A program made the translations under genes and the position numbers. A DNA stretch of 64,000 nt, taken from NCBI GenBank assembly GCA_000002445.1, contig CH464491.1:4608001-4672000 (forward strand), written 5' to 3'. Of this stretch, positions 12,807 to 24,160 are shown in pieces; the first letter of the stretch is position 1, and the number at the start of each line of letters is the position of its first letter. The notes under the pieces were generated by a model. The model was given only the letters and a program-made list of their open reading frames with translations. It had not been told where the DNA came from and did not search any database. This DNA is from Trypanosoma brucei. Lineage: Eukaryota.

Positions 12807-14249
12807 TTGTGACGTAGTCGTCAGAAATGTTTTGTGCTTCTTTTGCTATGTCATTTATCTGCATTTGGATTCTTCGGCCGTAAGGTGTGTTCTGTATGCC
12901 CTTTACCGGTGTCTCTTTGATTTCTTTGTTCGCTTCCGCCTCGAGTTCCTTCCGCTTGGCACGCCATTTGTCGTACTTGTCATGGCAGCTGATTGGTTTT
13001 GGCTGCTTGGTGCAGTCTGCTTTCTTTCCTGTGTCGACAGGGCTCTACATCGGAAATTGGTTTTGCCATTCGTCTGTACTGGCGCTCATGTTTATCAGCT
13101 CTATTGCTTGTACTTCGTCATCCAACAGAGAAGAACCAGGTAGGTTTATAGGTTTTTTTTGCACAACTCTACTAAACTGCACAAGATGTGGAATTCGCGG
13201 ATGTTTTTGCCGTCGCCTGCTGTTGCCTCGCTTGGTCTTACGTTCGTTGCGGCGTAAACAAGTATAAGGCTGACTAAACGCTTTTTTTGTTGACATGTTA
13301 TCCTTTAGCCGCCGCTTTGTCTTATGCTGCTGGTAATTGGATTGTACGGTGCTTTGTTTCTGATGTGGGTTTTATGGTCCGTGTGCTTCACCTTACGCTG
13401 GTTTTACCCTTAGATTTAGTGCCGATATTTTGCTAAAAAGAAAGATAGTCGAAGCCGCTCTATCTTTTGGATGTTTCTGTTTAAAAAGGTAAGAAACTTG
13501 CATGCTGTTTCACCACCGGATTTCTAATGGTGATTAAACTACTGATTCTTGTATTGTAATTCATTTTTATCAATTTTATATAAATTTCCAATCTATTAAA
13601 CCAATATTTGAGTTTTTTATTGCTTCTGTAACCAATTTAAAAAACTCTCTGTGCATGGAAATTTGCACTTTCTGCCTCTTAACGTGTTCTTTCTGTTTAA
13701 ACCTCTGCTTCAGCTGCGGTTCCTGCAGTAAAATACAACGTTTGTGTTTGGGTGTCGTCGAGATGTGATCTTCATTTCCTTCAATATCTTGTTCCTTTTA
13801 CGCCTTTTGTGGCCAAGCTTTGTTAATATTTGGCCTTTGCGTTTTTTAATTGTCCGGTGTGCTTGATTAGCTTCAAGGTCGGCCTGCTGTTAAAATAACA
13901 GTGCTGCGAAAGACTGGTTCATTACATTACTTAAGTTTAGTTTATGTTTATGGTGCTTGTATTTACTGCTGCTTCCTGTTTATTTTGTTGCTAGAAACTC
14001 CACCACCATGCTTGTATATCCCTGAAAAAGGTTCGCTGGTCGATGTATATACTTTGACCCCAAGAAATTGCCGACATCGCTTCTTCGCCTGCTTCCTTTG
14101 CCAGTTTGTTGTCTGCGGGTTGGTCCACCGCTGCCTAGTATTGTCAGAAAAACAAGGCAGCCATGTACTACAAGCAAGTGACTGCATAGATTATGCTCAT
14201 TTCTGGAATTTTCATAGCTTATTGGCTTTGAACAAAATTTCTTGCTTTG

Positions 14250-15294
14250 TTTTTTCTTTTACGAATATTTTCATATTCAATATCCCATTTCCCCATCTGT
14301 CGCTGTATTTTTAATTGCACTTAAATCTATTGTACTAAATTGCTTTTTTCCAACTCTTCAAACCAAATAATATTTTTCACAATTAACTTCGCCTTCTCCT
14401 CCCACGCAATAGACTATCCGGGAAAGTGAATGAATGAAGCCTCTTCGACTTCTCCACTATGTGGAATACAGAAGAATCTCTCATCATGATTCAATCCAAT
14501 CATGCCTCTCCTCAACACAAATCTATCATCAACAGCTTCCTCTTGTGTAACACTCCAAATTAGAAAATGTTAATAAATACTCTGCTCTGATCTCTATTAC
14601 TCACTTTCCTTTTAGTAACTCTCCAAATTAACATTCAAACCCTTTAAATGCCCAAACTCTAGCTATCAAACCACCACAACTAAGATATAGTTTTGAAACT
14701 AGGAGGTGATTTTAGTAAATGAGGTAATTTATTATCTTCTTTTTTTTCTGTAACCCACATTAAAAAAACAATAAAATTTCTGCACATGCTCCTTGTGATC
14801 TGAGTTCATAAGTAAATCCAACTGAGGCGCATAACATTCTGATGTTGTCATGAATATAATAGGGGAAATATGCTTCTCTTTTACAACATCTTCTTCACTA
14901 AACTTATCTTTATTAGCTGCACTATTTTGTATAAAATATTCCACAGCATTTTTATACTTATTTCCATCACTAACAATAACATCAGATCCATCCAAATGAA
15001 TTACAATATCCTCATCACTTGCATTCTTTTTTCTAAAAATTCTATAACCCATCTAATCTTTTTAACATGGCTGTACAAACCTCCCATCGCAATTGTAATA
15101 ATTTCAACATGGCTTAGTTTGGCACTCAATATGAGTCTATACCATCCTTGAGTTGCATGAGTTTGAACTACAACCACAAACACTCTGGAGTTCCTAAATT
15201 CTTTCTCCATTACATTTGCCGTTGTTTCTTCTTGAATAGGTACTGAGCTTAAAAATACTAAATATAACAGTAACGCTAATAGTAAAGTTCTCAA
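14250..15294 (-). pseudogene. ESAG3-like (tentative) secreted-protein pseudogene, most complete copy. Signal peptide MRTLLLALLLYLVFLSS.
   Basis: ORFs 15001-15294 and 14732-15052 on the minus strand (VFVVVVQTHATQGW...EYFIQNSAANKDKFSEEDVVKEK). Downstream homology to 3800-4250 continues to about 14250. Confidence 0.45.
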
Positions 15295-16169
15295 GTTACA
15301 AATTTCATATCCTAATATACCTTTTAATTTTTGAGATATTTATGAAAATGCTTAAAAAGACTTCAAAATATGTTACATGAAAACTAAGGTGTTTGTTAGT
15401 TAGGTTGTGTTTTTAAATATGTAGTACAATAATATAATTATGATGTGCGTGTTGAAGTGTGTGTGCACGGGGTCTCCGGCTTTTATTTGAGTACGTGTCT
15501 ACGGCTTTTGTTTTGGAACTTAGCTGTAGCTGTCGTTAGCGCCGTATACTACACTTATTTCGCTGTTTCTCTAATTTACATTTTTCTATATTCATTTTTG
15601 TGAGGAGTGCTGAAGCGGGGTTCACTAAATAATTTAGATATACTAAGAATTTTACCACATTCATATTCTAAATACTCCGACCACACGTATTCATTTCAGT
15701 CCTTCCATTAATATAACCTTATCATCTACTGCTATCATTGTTTTTCCATTATTTCTACAGTATAATATATGCATATCTTTGTATAGAACGTACCATGAAG
15801 CACAATTCCCCCTGTATTTTTCTTATTTGCTGTTTTGGTCCATAACATGTTATTTCGTCTGTATTTTTATTTATTTCCTTTTTATGTTATGGAGCTGCTG
15901 CCGCAAATAACCTAGAAATCCAATTTCGGCTCTACGCTGCACCTATTCTCCCGCTTATTTTTCTCTTTATCATCTCCTTGTGTATCATGATATCTATCAC
16001 CATATTTATGTTTGAAATTGTACACATTATATTTTTATCCCCTTTGCGTCTTTCTATGTCTGCTTTAATATTCTTCGTGTCTCCCATTTCACGTAACAAC
16101 TCACTCACTCGGATTGCATCCTTTCCTTTATTTTAACTTCCATTTGGTCGTTCATTTGGTTGTAAACAC

Positions 16170-16250
16170 CACTCGTATTATAATATTACTATGTGTACAC
16201 TTACTCACATATTCTCCTACTGCTTTTACTAATATAATCTAACCCTAGTA
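16170..16250 (-). repeat. Degenerate 70-bp repeat in minus orientation.
   Basis: Reverse complement reads AGGAGAATATGTGAGTAAGTGTACACATAG, a partial match to the 70-bp core. Confidence 0.4.
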
Positions 16251-16299
16251 TCCATAAAATAAAGAAAATAAACGAAATGATAATAGCACTCACTATTTA

Positions 16300-17100
16300 A
16301 ACCTTCTCATCCTACTACTTTATTCCCACAGGAAACTTTATAACTAAAATTTGTATTTTCAATTTTTTCATATTTTTTTTGAAAAGTATTAAAATATAAC
16401 TCATTTTGTGAAAATTTAGCAAATTATCTTACAACAGCAATTATTATAAGCTTCATAAAATTGCAAAAAAACTTCTTAAATTTTTGAAATTCTACAGAAC
16501 TCACAAAGACAGAAGCCATCAGAGAAATTTTCTCATTGACAAGAAAAACTTGAAGAGCGGCACTCAGGTTTGGGAAGCTTGCCTGTGCCGTCAACATAAT
16601 CTATCCATCCACATACTGCTTACTCAGTCGGTTTGAAATCCTTGTTTTCCGCTTCACAGGATTGATGTTTTGATGTTTACTGCAAGTCACCACGGTATTT
16701 GTCTCTCCTGTTACCGCTTCAACTTTGCATTCATGTGTTTTTGTGTCATAGTCGCAGTTAGCTTCTGGTCATTCTTCTGTGGTTGTGTTTTTCAGTTTGC
16801 ATTTATTTTGTTCATCTACTGTTAGCTTGCTCCTTTGTTTTTGCAGTGTATTTTCTGAATTGGTGACTGTGGGGCCCTCTATTAATATTTTTGGGGGCTG
16901 CCGCCGGATTTTTCGGGGCATTGCGTTGCTCCTGCATTGCCCTACCGACACTGCAGTTAACTGCTCGCCGCCTCCCCTTGCTTTGGCTGGGTTGCTGTGC
17001 GGCGTCACGACCGGTGCAGGCCGCTACGGCGACTGGCTTTAGCCTCCTAACTCCATATTCTGCCACTTACAAATATTAAGATTTTCTCGTTGGCGCCTGT
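16300..17100 (-). pseudogene. Degenerate VSG C-terminal domain fragment plus 3'UTR, joined to the telomere-like tract. Inverted paralogue of 37480-38100.
   Basis: Roughly 75-90% nucleotide identity to the reverse complement of 37480-38100. Tail reads as a VSG GPI signal. Confidence 0.55.
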
Positions 17101-18200
17101 TGAAAAGCAAATCGTTTCTCTCAGCTAAACTGCCGTGCGACAGCGTAAAAAGAAAAGCGCGCACAGCGCTATAGGCCATGCGCCACCGTTAAAAAAAATT
17201 TAAAAGCTGCGTGCAGAGAAAAATGAAGAGCTAAAATTCGCAAAAGTATAAAACATAACAACTCTCGTCAGCGCTGCAGGCTAAAAATATGCAAACGAAG
17301 ATGCCAGCTTGCCAAATAAGGGCTAGATCCAGCAGCGAAAAAAAGAGCCGCTGTATCACTTACAATTTAAAAAATGAAGAATTATTAAAAAATTTTAAGA
17401 GGTAAATTAAAAAATATCACTAACCCTAACACGCTAACCCTAACCCGTAGCTAGAAAAAAAGAGGGTTGCAATAAAAAGGGGGGCTGCAAAAAAAATCAA
17501 AATAAAAAATGTGAAGAATTTAAAAAATGAAAAAGTCAAAATGAAAAAAATTAAAATTAAAAAATATGATTAAGAAAAATTCGTGGATTAAAAAATTTTT
17601 TAAATTCAAATTCAAAAAGTCGGAAAAATAAAAAGAAAAATCATGCAATAGAAAAAATGGTTAAAAAAAATTGGTGAAAAACGCGCTAAACTAATTTATC
17701 GGGAATTCCAAAAACGTAAAAATCAAAAAAATATATAAAAAACAAAAGACACAAATAATTAAATAGAACAAAAGGAATTGGGAAAAAACGTAAAAATCTA
17801 AAAAATACGATAATTTAGAGAAATTAAAGATTAAAAGAAAGCTAAAAAATATTAACCTTAAAAGAAAAAAATCAAAAATGCCAAAAAAAATAATAAATGC
17901 AATGCTGCATTCGGGGGTCAAAAAAATGAAAAAAATTTTAAAGCCAAGTAGTAAAAATGAGCCAAAAAAAGATCGCAAAAAAAAAACAAAAAAAACTGGA
18001 GGTGTGTGTGCGGGGGCGTGGGGCGGTGCGGAGGGGGGAAGGAGGGTTAGGATTTGCATAACAAAATGGCTGCTGCATAATTAGGAAAATAAAAAATTTT
18101 TTAAATCGAAAAGCTAAAGAAAAAAATTTAAAAAAATGTTTAAAAAACTCTAAAACTAGGGGTGAAAAACACGGAAAAAATTAAAAACCCTAACCCTAAA
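17100..18200 (-). repeat. Degenerate telomere-like tract (TTAGGG on the minus strand) lying 3' of VSG 18383-19881. A-rich, with a G-rich block near 18000-18060.
   Basis: CCCTAACCCTAA at 18187-18198. TAACCCTAACACGCTAACCCTAACCC at 17421-17447. GGGGGGAAGGAGGGTTAGG at 18035-18053. Confidence 0.6.
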
Positions 18201-18320
18201 AATGTCAAAAAATTCAAGAAAAAAGAAAAAGTTTTCAGCTATCAGAAAACAAATTTTTTTTACAGAATCACAATTTTTTACAACCAACCAACAAACAAAG
18301 AAATCTCGGCTGTTTTTTAC

Positions 18321-18336
18321 GTGTTAAAATATATCA
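18321..18336 (-). promoter_or_regulatory. VSG 3'UTR 16-mer on the minus strand.
   Basis: GTGTTAAAATATATCA on the plus strand is the exact reverse complement. Confidence 0.8.
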
Positions 18337-18382
18337 TAGTAGCAAAAATTTTAGCAAAGGGAAAAAATTGAGGGGAGAGGGA

Positions 18383-19881
18383 TTAAAAAAGCAAGGCCAC
18401 AAATGCAGCAGAAACCACACTGAGGGCAAATTGTTTGCTTGCTAGAATAGAGGAATCCTGACATTTGCCTTCAATCCATCCACAAACGGCTTTCTTTCCC
18501 TCTGGTGTCTTGCCCGGGACCTTTTTGCATTCGTCTTCTGTTTTCGCCTCGCCACATTTTGATTCATTTTTACCATCTGTCCCTGCTTGGTTTGCTGCTA
18601 CTTTTTCTGCTGCCTCTTTGCCTTTCTCGCTCAATGTGCACCTTTTTTCTCATCTTTTGCTTAGGCCTTCTACGCGCATGGCGGTTTGCAATCTGTGTCT
18701 TTGTCTTTGGTATTGCACTCTGCTTCTTTGGAGTCGATTATTTCTTGTGGTTGGCGCTTGGAAGGTTTGATAGTTTCTGCTGCATGTGCTGCGGTTATAG
18801 TGGCTATGGCCAGAGTGTCTCGTAATTGCCACGCTTGAGCCTCTGCTGCTTGCAGTTTGGCCTGCATTTTGGCTAAGTCGGCTCTTATGGTATATGCTTT
18901 TTTCAGTTCCTTCGTTGCTTGGAGCATGTTTTCGACCCATTTTACTTTGTGGAATGTCCCAGTTCCCACTGCCTTCGTGTAATCAATACAAGTGGCTGAG
19001 GTGGTCCCGCCATTGCAGTCGACCGCATTGCCGTTGCCTAAGACGTACCGTCCGTTGTTGCTGTTGCCTGTGAAGGGTTTGTTGCCGAGGACTGATTCTA
19101 CTTGGGTGACTACCGCTGTCAGCAGTTCTGCCGTCACTTTTTTTGCCTCGCCGGCGGGTTGGCATTTTGCTACTATTGCCTTATATGCTGTGAGGGCAGC
19201 GGCGGCGTTGGCCCCTGTGCCGTAGTTGGCGGTGTTCTCGCCTTCTACGCATATTCCGTTGCTTGTGCTTGCCGTGCCGCAGACGCACGCCAGTGCTTGA
19301 GCCAGGTTCTGGCTCGCTGCCTTCGCATTGCCGCCGCCGTTGCATGCGTTGGCCCGGTTGTCGAAAGCTGCCTGGTCTGCCTCGGTGGCCATTTCATGCT
19401 TAAAAACCGCCGCTTTTAAGAACTTTTCGGTACTTTGTTTTAAGCCTTGAAGTTCGTTTTGTTTGCAGGCTGCCTCCTCCGCTATCGCCTTTGTTGAGTT
19501 GTACAGCCTTTCTAAAGCAGTGTGCGTCGCCCGCTTAGCCGGGCATTCCGGTGGCCTGGTGTAAACTGCCAATTTTTCAGCGTTTTTTTCGTTTTTTATT
19601 GTGTTTTTTACTGTTGTAAACTCGTTCTCCGTCTTGAGGACTCCAAAGGTTCCATTATCGTAGTGTGCGTCCGGTATGGTTGTCGCGTACAGCGCCTTCA
19701 CAGCCGCCGGTACTTCTGCCACCGCGTCTGCGGCATTGAAAGTTGCCGGGTCGATGGTGCCTGTCTCTGCCTGATATGCTGCACAAAGAGCTTCGTACTC
19801 CTGTGCATTTTCTCGCGTCGAATGTGCCACTGAAGTCAAAGCTGCTAGTGCGGTTAGTAGATTCGCTATTAGTGACCGCAT
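18383..19881 (-). pseudogene. VSG with one frameshift between the N-domain (18670-19881) and the C-domain/GPI tail (18383-18634). Could instead be intact with a sequencing error.
   Basis: Signal peptide MRSLIANLLTALAALTSVAHS. C-terminus ...CQDSSILASKQFALSVVSAAFVALLF. The two ORFs are in different frames. Confidence 0.8.
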
Positions 19882-20149
19882 TACCTATAAGTTAGTAAAT
19901 TTATGGTTTTATTTCTGTTGTAATGCGTAAATGTTCGTCCAATTATAGTGGCTTGTGAGCAAGTTTGGATGTCACAGAATCTTGTCTGTTTGTGGCGTTC
20001 TTTAAGACTTTAAGGCTAAAACATTAATTTTAATTATAAATCACCGTGGCAGGTGATTTTTTGTGATCAAACATCTTTCAAGTACCTTCGGAATCATATT
20101 TTATAAGTCTTAAGCAAATACCCTTCTTCAAACGCGTAAATACAATTTT

Positions 20150-21000
20150 TGTCATACGCGAAATTAAAATTTTCCAACCTCTCGTGAAGTTTAAATCTTT
20201 CTTAACTCTATTGTACTAAATTTACTCCCTTTTAAACACGCGTAAAAACTAAGATTTTTTTACGATTACCTCACTTTCTCCTCTCATTCAATTGGCTGCC
20301 CAGGAAAATGAATAACTGGAGCCTCTCCAATCACCACACTATTTGTAATAGAAAAAAATCTCTCCTTATAATCCAATCAAACCATCCCTCTCTTCAAAAC
20401 AAATCTCTTCCTCACCGCTTCTTCCTGAATCGCACTCCAAATTAATAAAGGTTTTTAAATACTTTTATCCGATCACAATTCCTCTCTCCCTTTTAATAAT
20501 TACACAAATGCATATTCAAGCCGTTTAAGCGCTTGTACTCTTGCTATTAAAGGATCCACCTCTAAGATAAGGTTTTCCGCTAAGATGTGATTTTAGTAAA
20601 TAAGGTAGCTTTTAATCCTCTTATTTTCTATAACTAACATTTAAAAACAAAAAGCATCTCTGCACACGTTCTTTGTTAACATTTTCTTTACTTTCTGCAC
20701 TATTTTGTATAAAATATTCCAAAGAATTCAAAAACTTATCACGGTCGGATATTATAACATCAGACCCATACAAATGAATTACAATATTCTTATCACTTAT
20801 ATTCTTCCTTTCTAAAAAATACATAACCCATCTAGGTCTTTTGACATGACTATACAAACCTCTTATCGCAATTGTAATAATTTCAAAATGACTTTGTTTG
20901 GCACTCAATATGAATCTACATCATCCTTGCGTTGCATGACTTTGTATCACAACCACAATAATTCTGTGTTTTTATTGTCATCATCGGTTATGTTTGTCTT
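20150..21000 (-). pseudogene. ESAG3-like (tentative) pseudogene, third copy. N-terminus degenerate.
   Basis: ORF 20621-20908 on the minus strand (EIITIAIRGLYSHVKRPRWVMYFLERKNISDKNIVIHLYGSDVIISDRDKFLNSLEYFIQNSAESKENVNKE). 3' portion homologous to 14280-14760. Confidence 0.45.
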
Positions 21001-21929
21001 TGTTATATCCTCTTGAAGTGATATAGTACTTCGATACACTAAATGTAATATAACCAATAAATCTTTCAAGACACATAACTTTATGTCATAAAATACTTTA
21101 ATGAATGAAAGGAACGTATAAAACATTTTTTGAATGTATATAAACTTATCCACTAAGTTTTTTAGTTGAAGAAACAGTGTTAACAAATGTAAATAGTGCC
21201 TTGATATAGTTTCTATGTCTCCTTAAGGGAATGTGCGTGGTGTCTGAAACTTATTTTTGAGCACACACTTACGGCGGTTGTCTTAGAAGTTCTCTTGTGT
21301 TACGGCTAGCGCCTGACACTATTATTCTTCCGTTTTCAATTGCATTCATCACATTTTTTAATCATGCACTGTTACGGGTATTACAGTAGGTAGGAGCATT
21401 ATTAGTGGATACATACTTATAATTTTACTAGTTGATACTGATAACCATCCTAACCAGCGGATTTCATAAGACCCTAATCGGAGTAGCGGTAATAACTAAC
21501 GGCACTGTTTTTGCTAGCATCGTCTCCACCCCCGCGTCTCTTCATTATATATTGAAATGTAGAGCACAATACTCTCCTGTATTACTTCTTTCTTTTACCT
21601 TCTGTCTCTGTTTTTATGAATAAAGTGGTGACTCCAATTTGTCCTGCACTCTGTCTCTCCTTTATTTTCCCCTCCATTGTCTCTCTGTGTATGGCGGTGC
21701 GTAAAAAATGCTTATGTTTAAAACTGAACATCTTTCACATTCTCACCCGTCCAATTATTTATGTTTTTGTGCGTCTTCTTTAATAATACACCCAGTATTA
21801 CCATTCACTCTCTTAATCCCACAGTGCCCGTGCCATTGTTTTAAATTCTTTTCTTTTGTTCAAATCATATGGTTTTTACAAAACTCCGATCTTCTTATAT
21901 TAATAGCATGCACACACTCATAACACAAT

Positions 21930-22080
21930 TCTATCACTATAATAATAATCATTATGATTATTATTATCATTGTTGCTGCTCTTATTATATTATTCGTATA
22001 TACACAATCACAGCACTCTCGTATCATAATCATTATCATCATTATTACTATAATTGTTAACGTAACTAACATGCATAAAA
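21930..22080 (-). repeat. 70-bp repeats in minus orientation.
   Basis: TATTATTCGTATATACACAATCACAGCACTCTC is the reverse complement of the 70-bp core. Flanked by ATT/ATC runs. Confidence 0.8.
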
Positions 22081-22327
22081 TAATGGAAATAAACAAAATA
22101 TAAAATGAACCAAATTAGAATATCACTCACTTTCTATATCCTATCACCCTACAAATTTCACTCATTTTCACCGTCATACATGTCTTACTAAAATTTTAGA
22201 TTTTCACATTTTGCAACGTTTTTACAATAGTTTTAAAATATGTCATATTTTAATAAATTTAGAGAATTCTCTCAAAACAGGAATTATTATAAATTTTCAT
22301 AAGTCTCACAAAATTGATTAAAAATAC

Positions 22328-22699
22328 TTAAAATAATACCAAACTCGTAAAAGCAGCATCCATGAGAGCTAATTTGTTATTTACAATGGAAATGTAATCA
22401 CAACATTTTGGTTCAGGCTTTCCCTGTCCATCAATGAAATCAGTCCAAGTGCAAACAGATTTCTTTCCCTCCTTAGGTTTGCGTGGCGCGTTGGCACATT
22501 TATCTGGGTCTGTATACTCGCTACAATTAGGGTCTTCTGTTGATAGAGTTCCATCTGTTCCTTGAATTGTCTGCGTTTCTCCATCATTGGGTTTGCAGTG
22601 GTTTCGCTGTCCCCTTCCCATTTGCAGTCGTTTGCTTTGCAGGTCACGTTTGTTGTGTAACGCTTGCTCTCTGCACGCGTCGCTAAAGTTTTCTGCCAA
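22328..22699 (-). pseudogene. VSG C-terminal domain fragment (123 aa) with 3'UTR at 22100-22327, fused to a telomere-like tract.
   Basis: ...KPKEGKKSVCTWTDFIDGQGKPEPKCCDYISIVNNKLALMDAAFTSLVLF. Confidence 0.7.
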
Positions 22700-22899
22700 A
22701 TTAGCCTCATGTGTTGCTGCAGAATATCGTTCGCCTGCTCCTACCCCGCCTTAAAAGCAGACAGATTGTTGCAGCGAAACTGCCACACGCCACTGTAAAA
22801 AAACCGCATGCAGCCGCTGAGGCCACCCTCCAGCTTTTGTCCCAACGAAAAAAGAATTTGAAACCGCGAGCAGCGGAAAGTGCAGAACTGAGATTCACA

Positions 22900-24000
22900 A
22901 ATTCAAAATGAAAAAAAGCGTAACGGCGGCACGGTAAAAATGAATATGAGAAGAATTTAAGGTAGGATGTCTGTTGCGCATAAGGTCCAGGCTTTACCGA
23001 AAAAAAAAAACAGCCGCTGCATCGCTAGGAAAAAAATGGCGAATTTTGAAAAAATAATATTGAGTCGATGTGGGGATGGAAATAAAGGTAGAAAAAATTT
23101 AAGCAAAGATATCTGCTGGAGGAAAAATAGTTGGAGTATTCACGAAAAAAAGAGCTTCTACATCACATAAAAATAATAAATTTAAAATTCTAACCCTAAC
23201 AACATTTTCTAGAAATTTTAACACGAATAACCCTAACCCGAAACACCTGAACCCGATAACCCGCTAACCCGGGTTTAAAAAAGGTAAGCCCCCCAAAAAA
23301 CGAAATCAGCTGCTGAAAAAAAAAACGTGACAAAAAAAAGAAAAAAATTAAAAAATGAAAAGGAAAAAATTTTTTAATTAAAAAAATAAAAAACAAAATA
23401 AATTATAAATTCAAATTAAAAAATAAAAAAATTAGTGAAAATTGAAAATAGAAAATTCCAAAAATCTGAAAATCTGAAAATCTAAAAACCTAAAAACATT
23501 GAAAACAAAAAAAAAGGAAAAAAAATCAAATCGCGAAAAAACAAATTAAAATTAAAAAAAAGGTGCCTGCGCGAGGGGGCGCGGGGGGGGGAAGGAGGGT
23601 TAGTGTTCGCATAATAAAACAGCTGCTGCATCACTTTTAAAAAAATTTAAAAAAAGTGGTGTAAAAATAAAAAAAGAGCCGGTGCATCATAAAGAAAAAG
23701 TTGAAATAAAAAACACAAAAAGAAAATCAAACGTCGGCGCAAAATAAAAAAAAGGATTAAAGAAAATAACTGAAAAAAAAACTAAAAAGATCGAAAACAA
23801 AAAAAGTGGCGTCAAAATAAAAAAGCGAGAAAAAGAAAAGAGGAAAATTAACCCTAACCCAGTAACCCTAAGCCTAACCCTAAGCCTAACCCTAACCCTA
23901 ACCCTAACCCTAACCCCCCTAACTAACCCCCCTAACTAACCTAACTAACCTAACTACCCCCCCCCCATTCCTACCTAACAACCCCCCCCCACTTCCACAA
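22900..24000 (-). repeat. Degenerate telomere-like tract 3' of VSG 24161-25738. Includes near-perfect (CCCTAA)n at 23850-23935 that decays into CCCTAACTAACC variants.
   Basis: TAACCCTAAGCCTAACCCTAACCCTAACCCTAACCCTAACCC read directly. G-block GGGGGGGGGAAGGAGGGTTAG near 23590-23610. Scattered CCCTAA units at 23190-23275. Confidence 0.8.
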
Positions 24001-24106
24001 AAAAAAACCGGAAAAGAAGAAAAAAATTTTAGTTTTCAGAAAATATTTCTAGACAATCAGACAGTCAACTTACAAAAACAGTTCAAATTTTTTCGGCTGG
24101 TTTTAG

Positions 24107-24122
24107 GTGTTAAAATATATCA
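24107..24122 (-). promoter_or_regulatory. VSG 3'UTR 16-mer on the minus strand.
   Basis: GTGTTAAAATATATCA on the plus strand. Confidence 0.8.
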
Positions 24123-24160
24123 AATGGCAAGAATTATTTAAGAAAAAGAGGGGAGAGGGA

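Noticed and set aside
16779-17042. GC-rich ORFs conserved in inverted copies (16779-17042 on +, 37538-37768 on -) as a candidate novel gene or structured RNA.
   Set aside because: In the VSG frame the same DNA translates to a recognisable, degenerate VSG hinge and C-terminal domain (...CEAENKDFKPTE..VCGWIDYVDGTGKLPKPECRSSSFLVNEKSAMS...). The conservation is explained by a duplicated VSG fragment.
17100-24000. The telomere-repeat tracts as evidence that the window contains a real chromosome end or a bloodstream expression site.
   Set aside because: All three tracts are interstitial and are followed by further VSG-array sequence. There are no ESAG6/7, ESAG1 or promoter-type features, and many VSGs are present. 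It is a silent array, not an expression site or terminal telomere.
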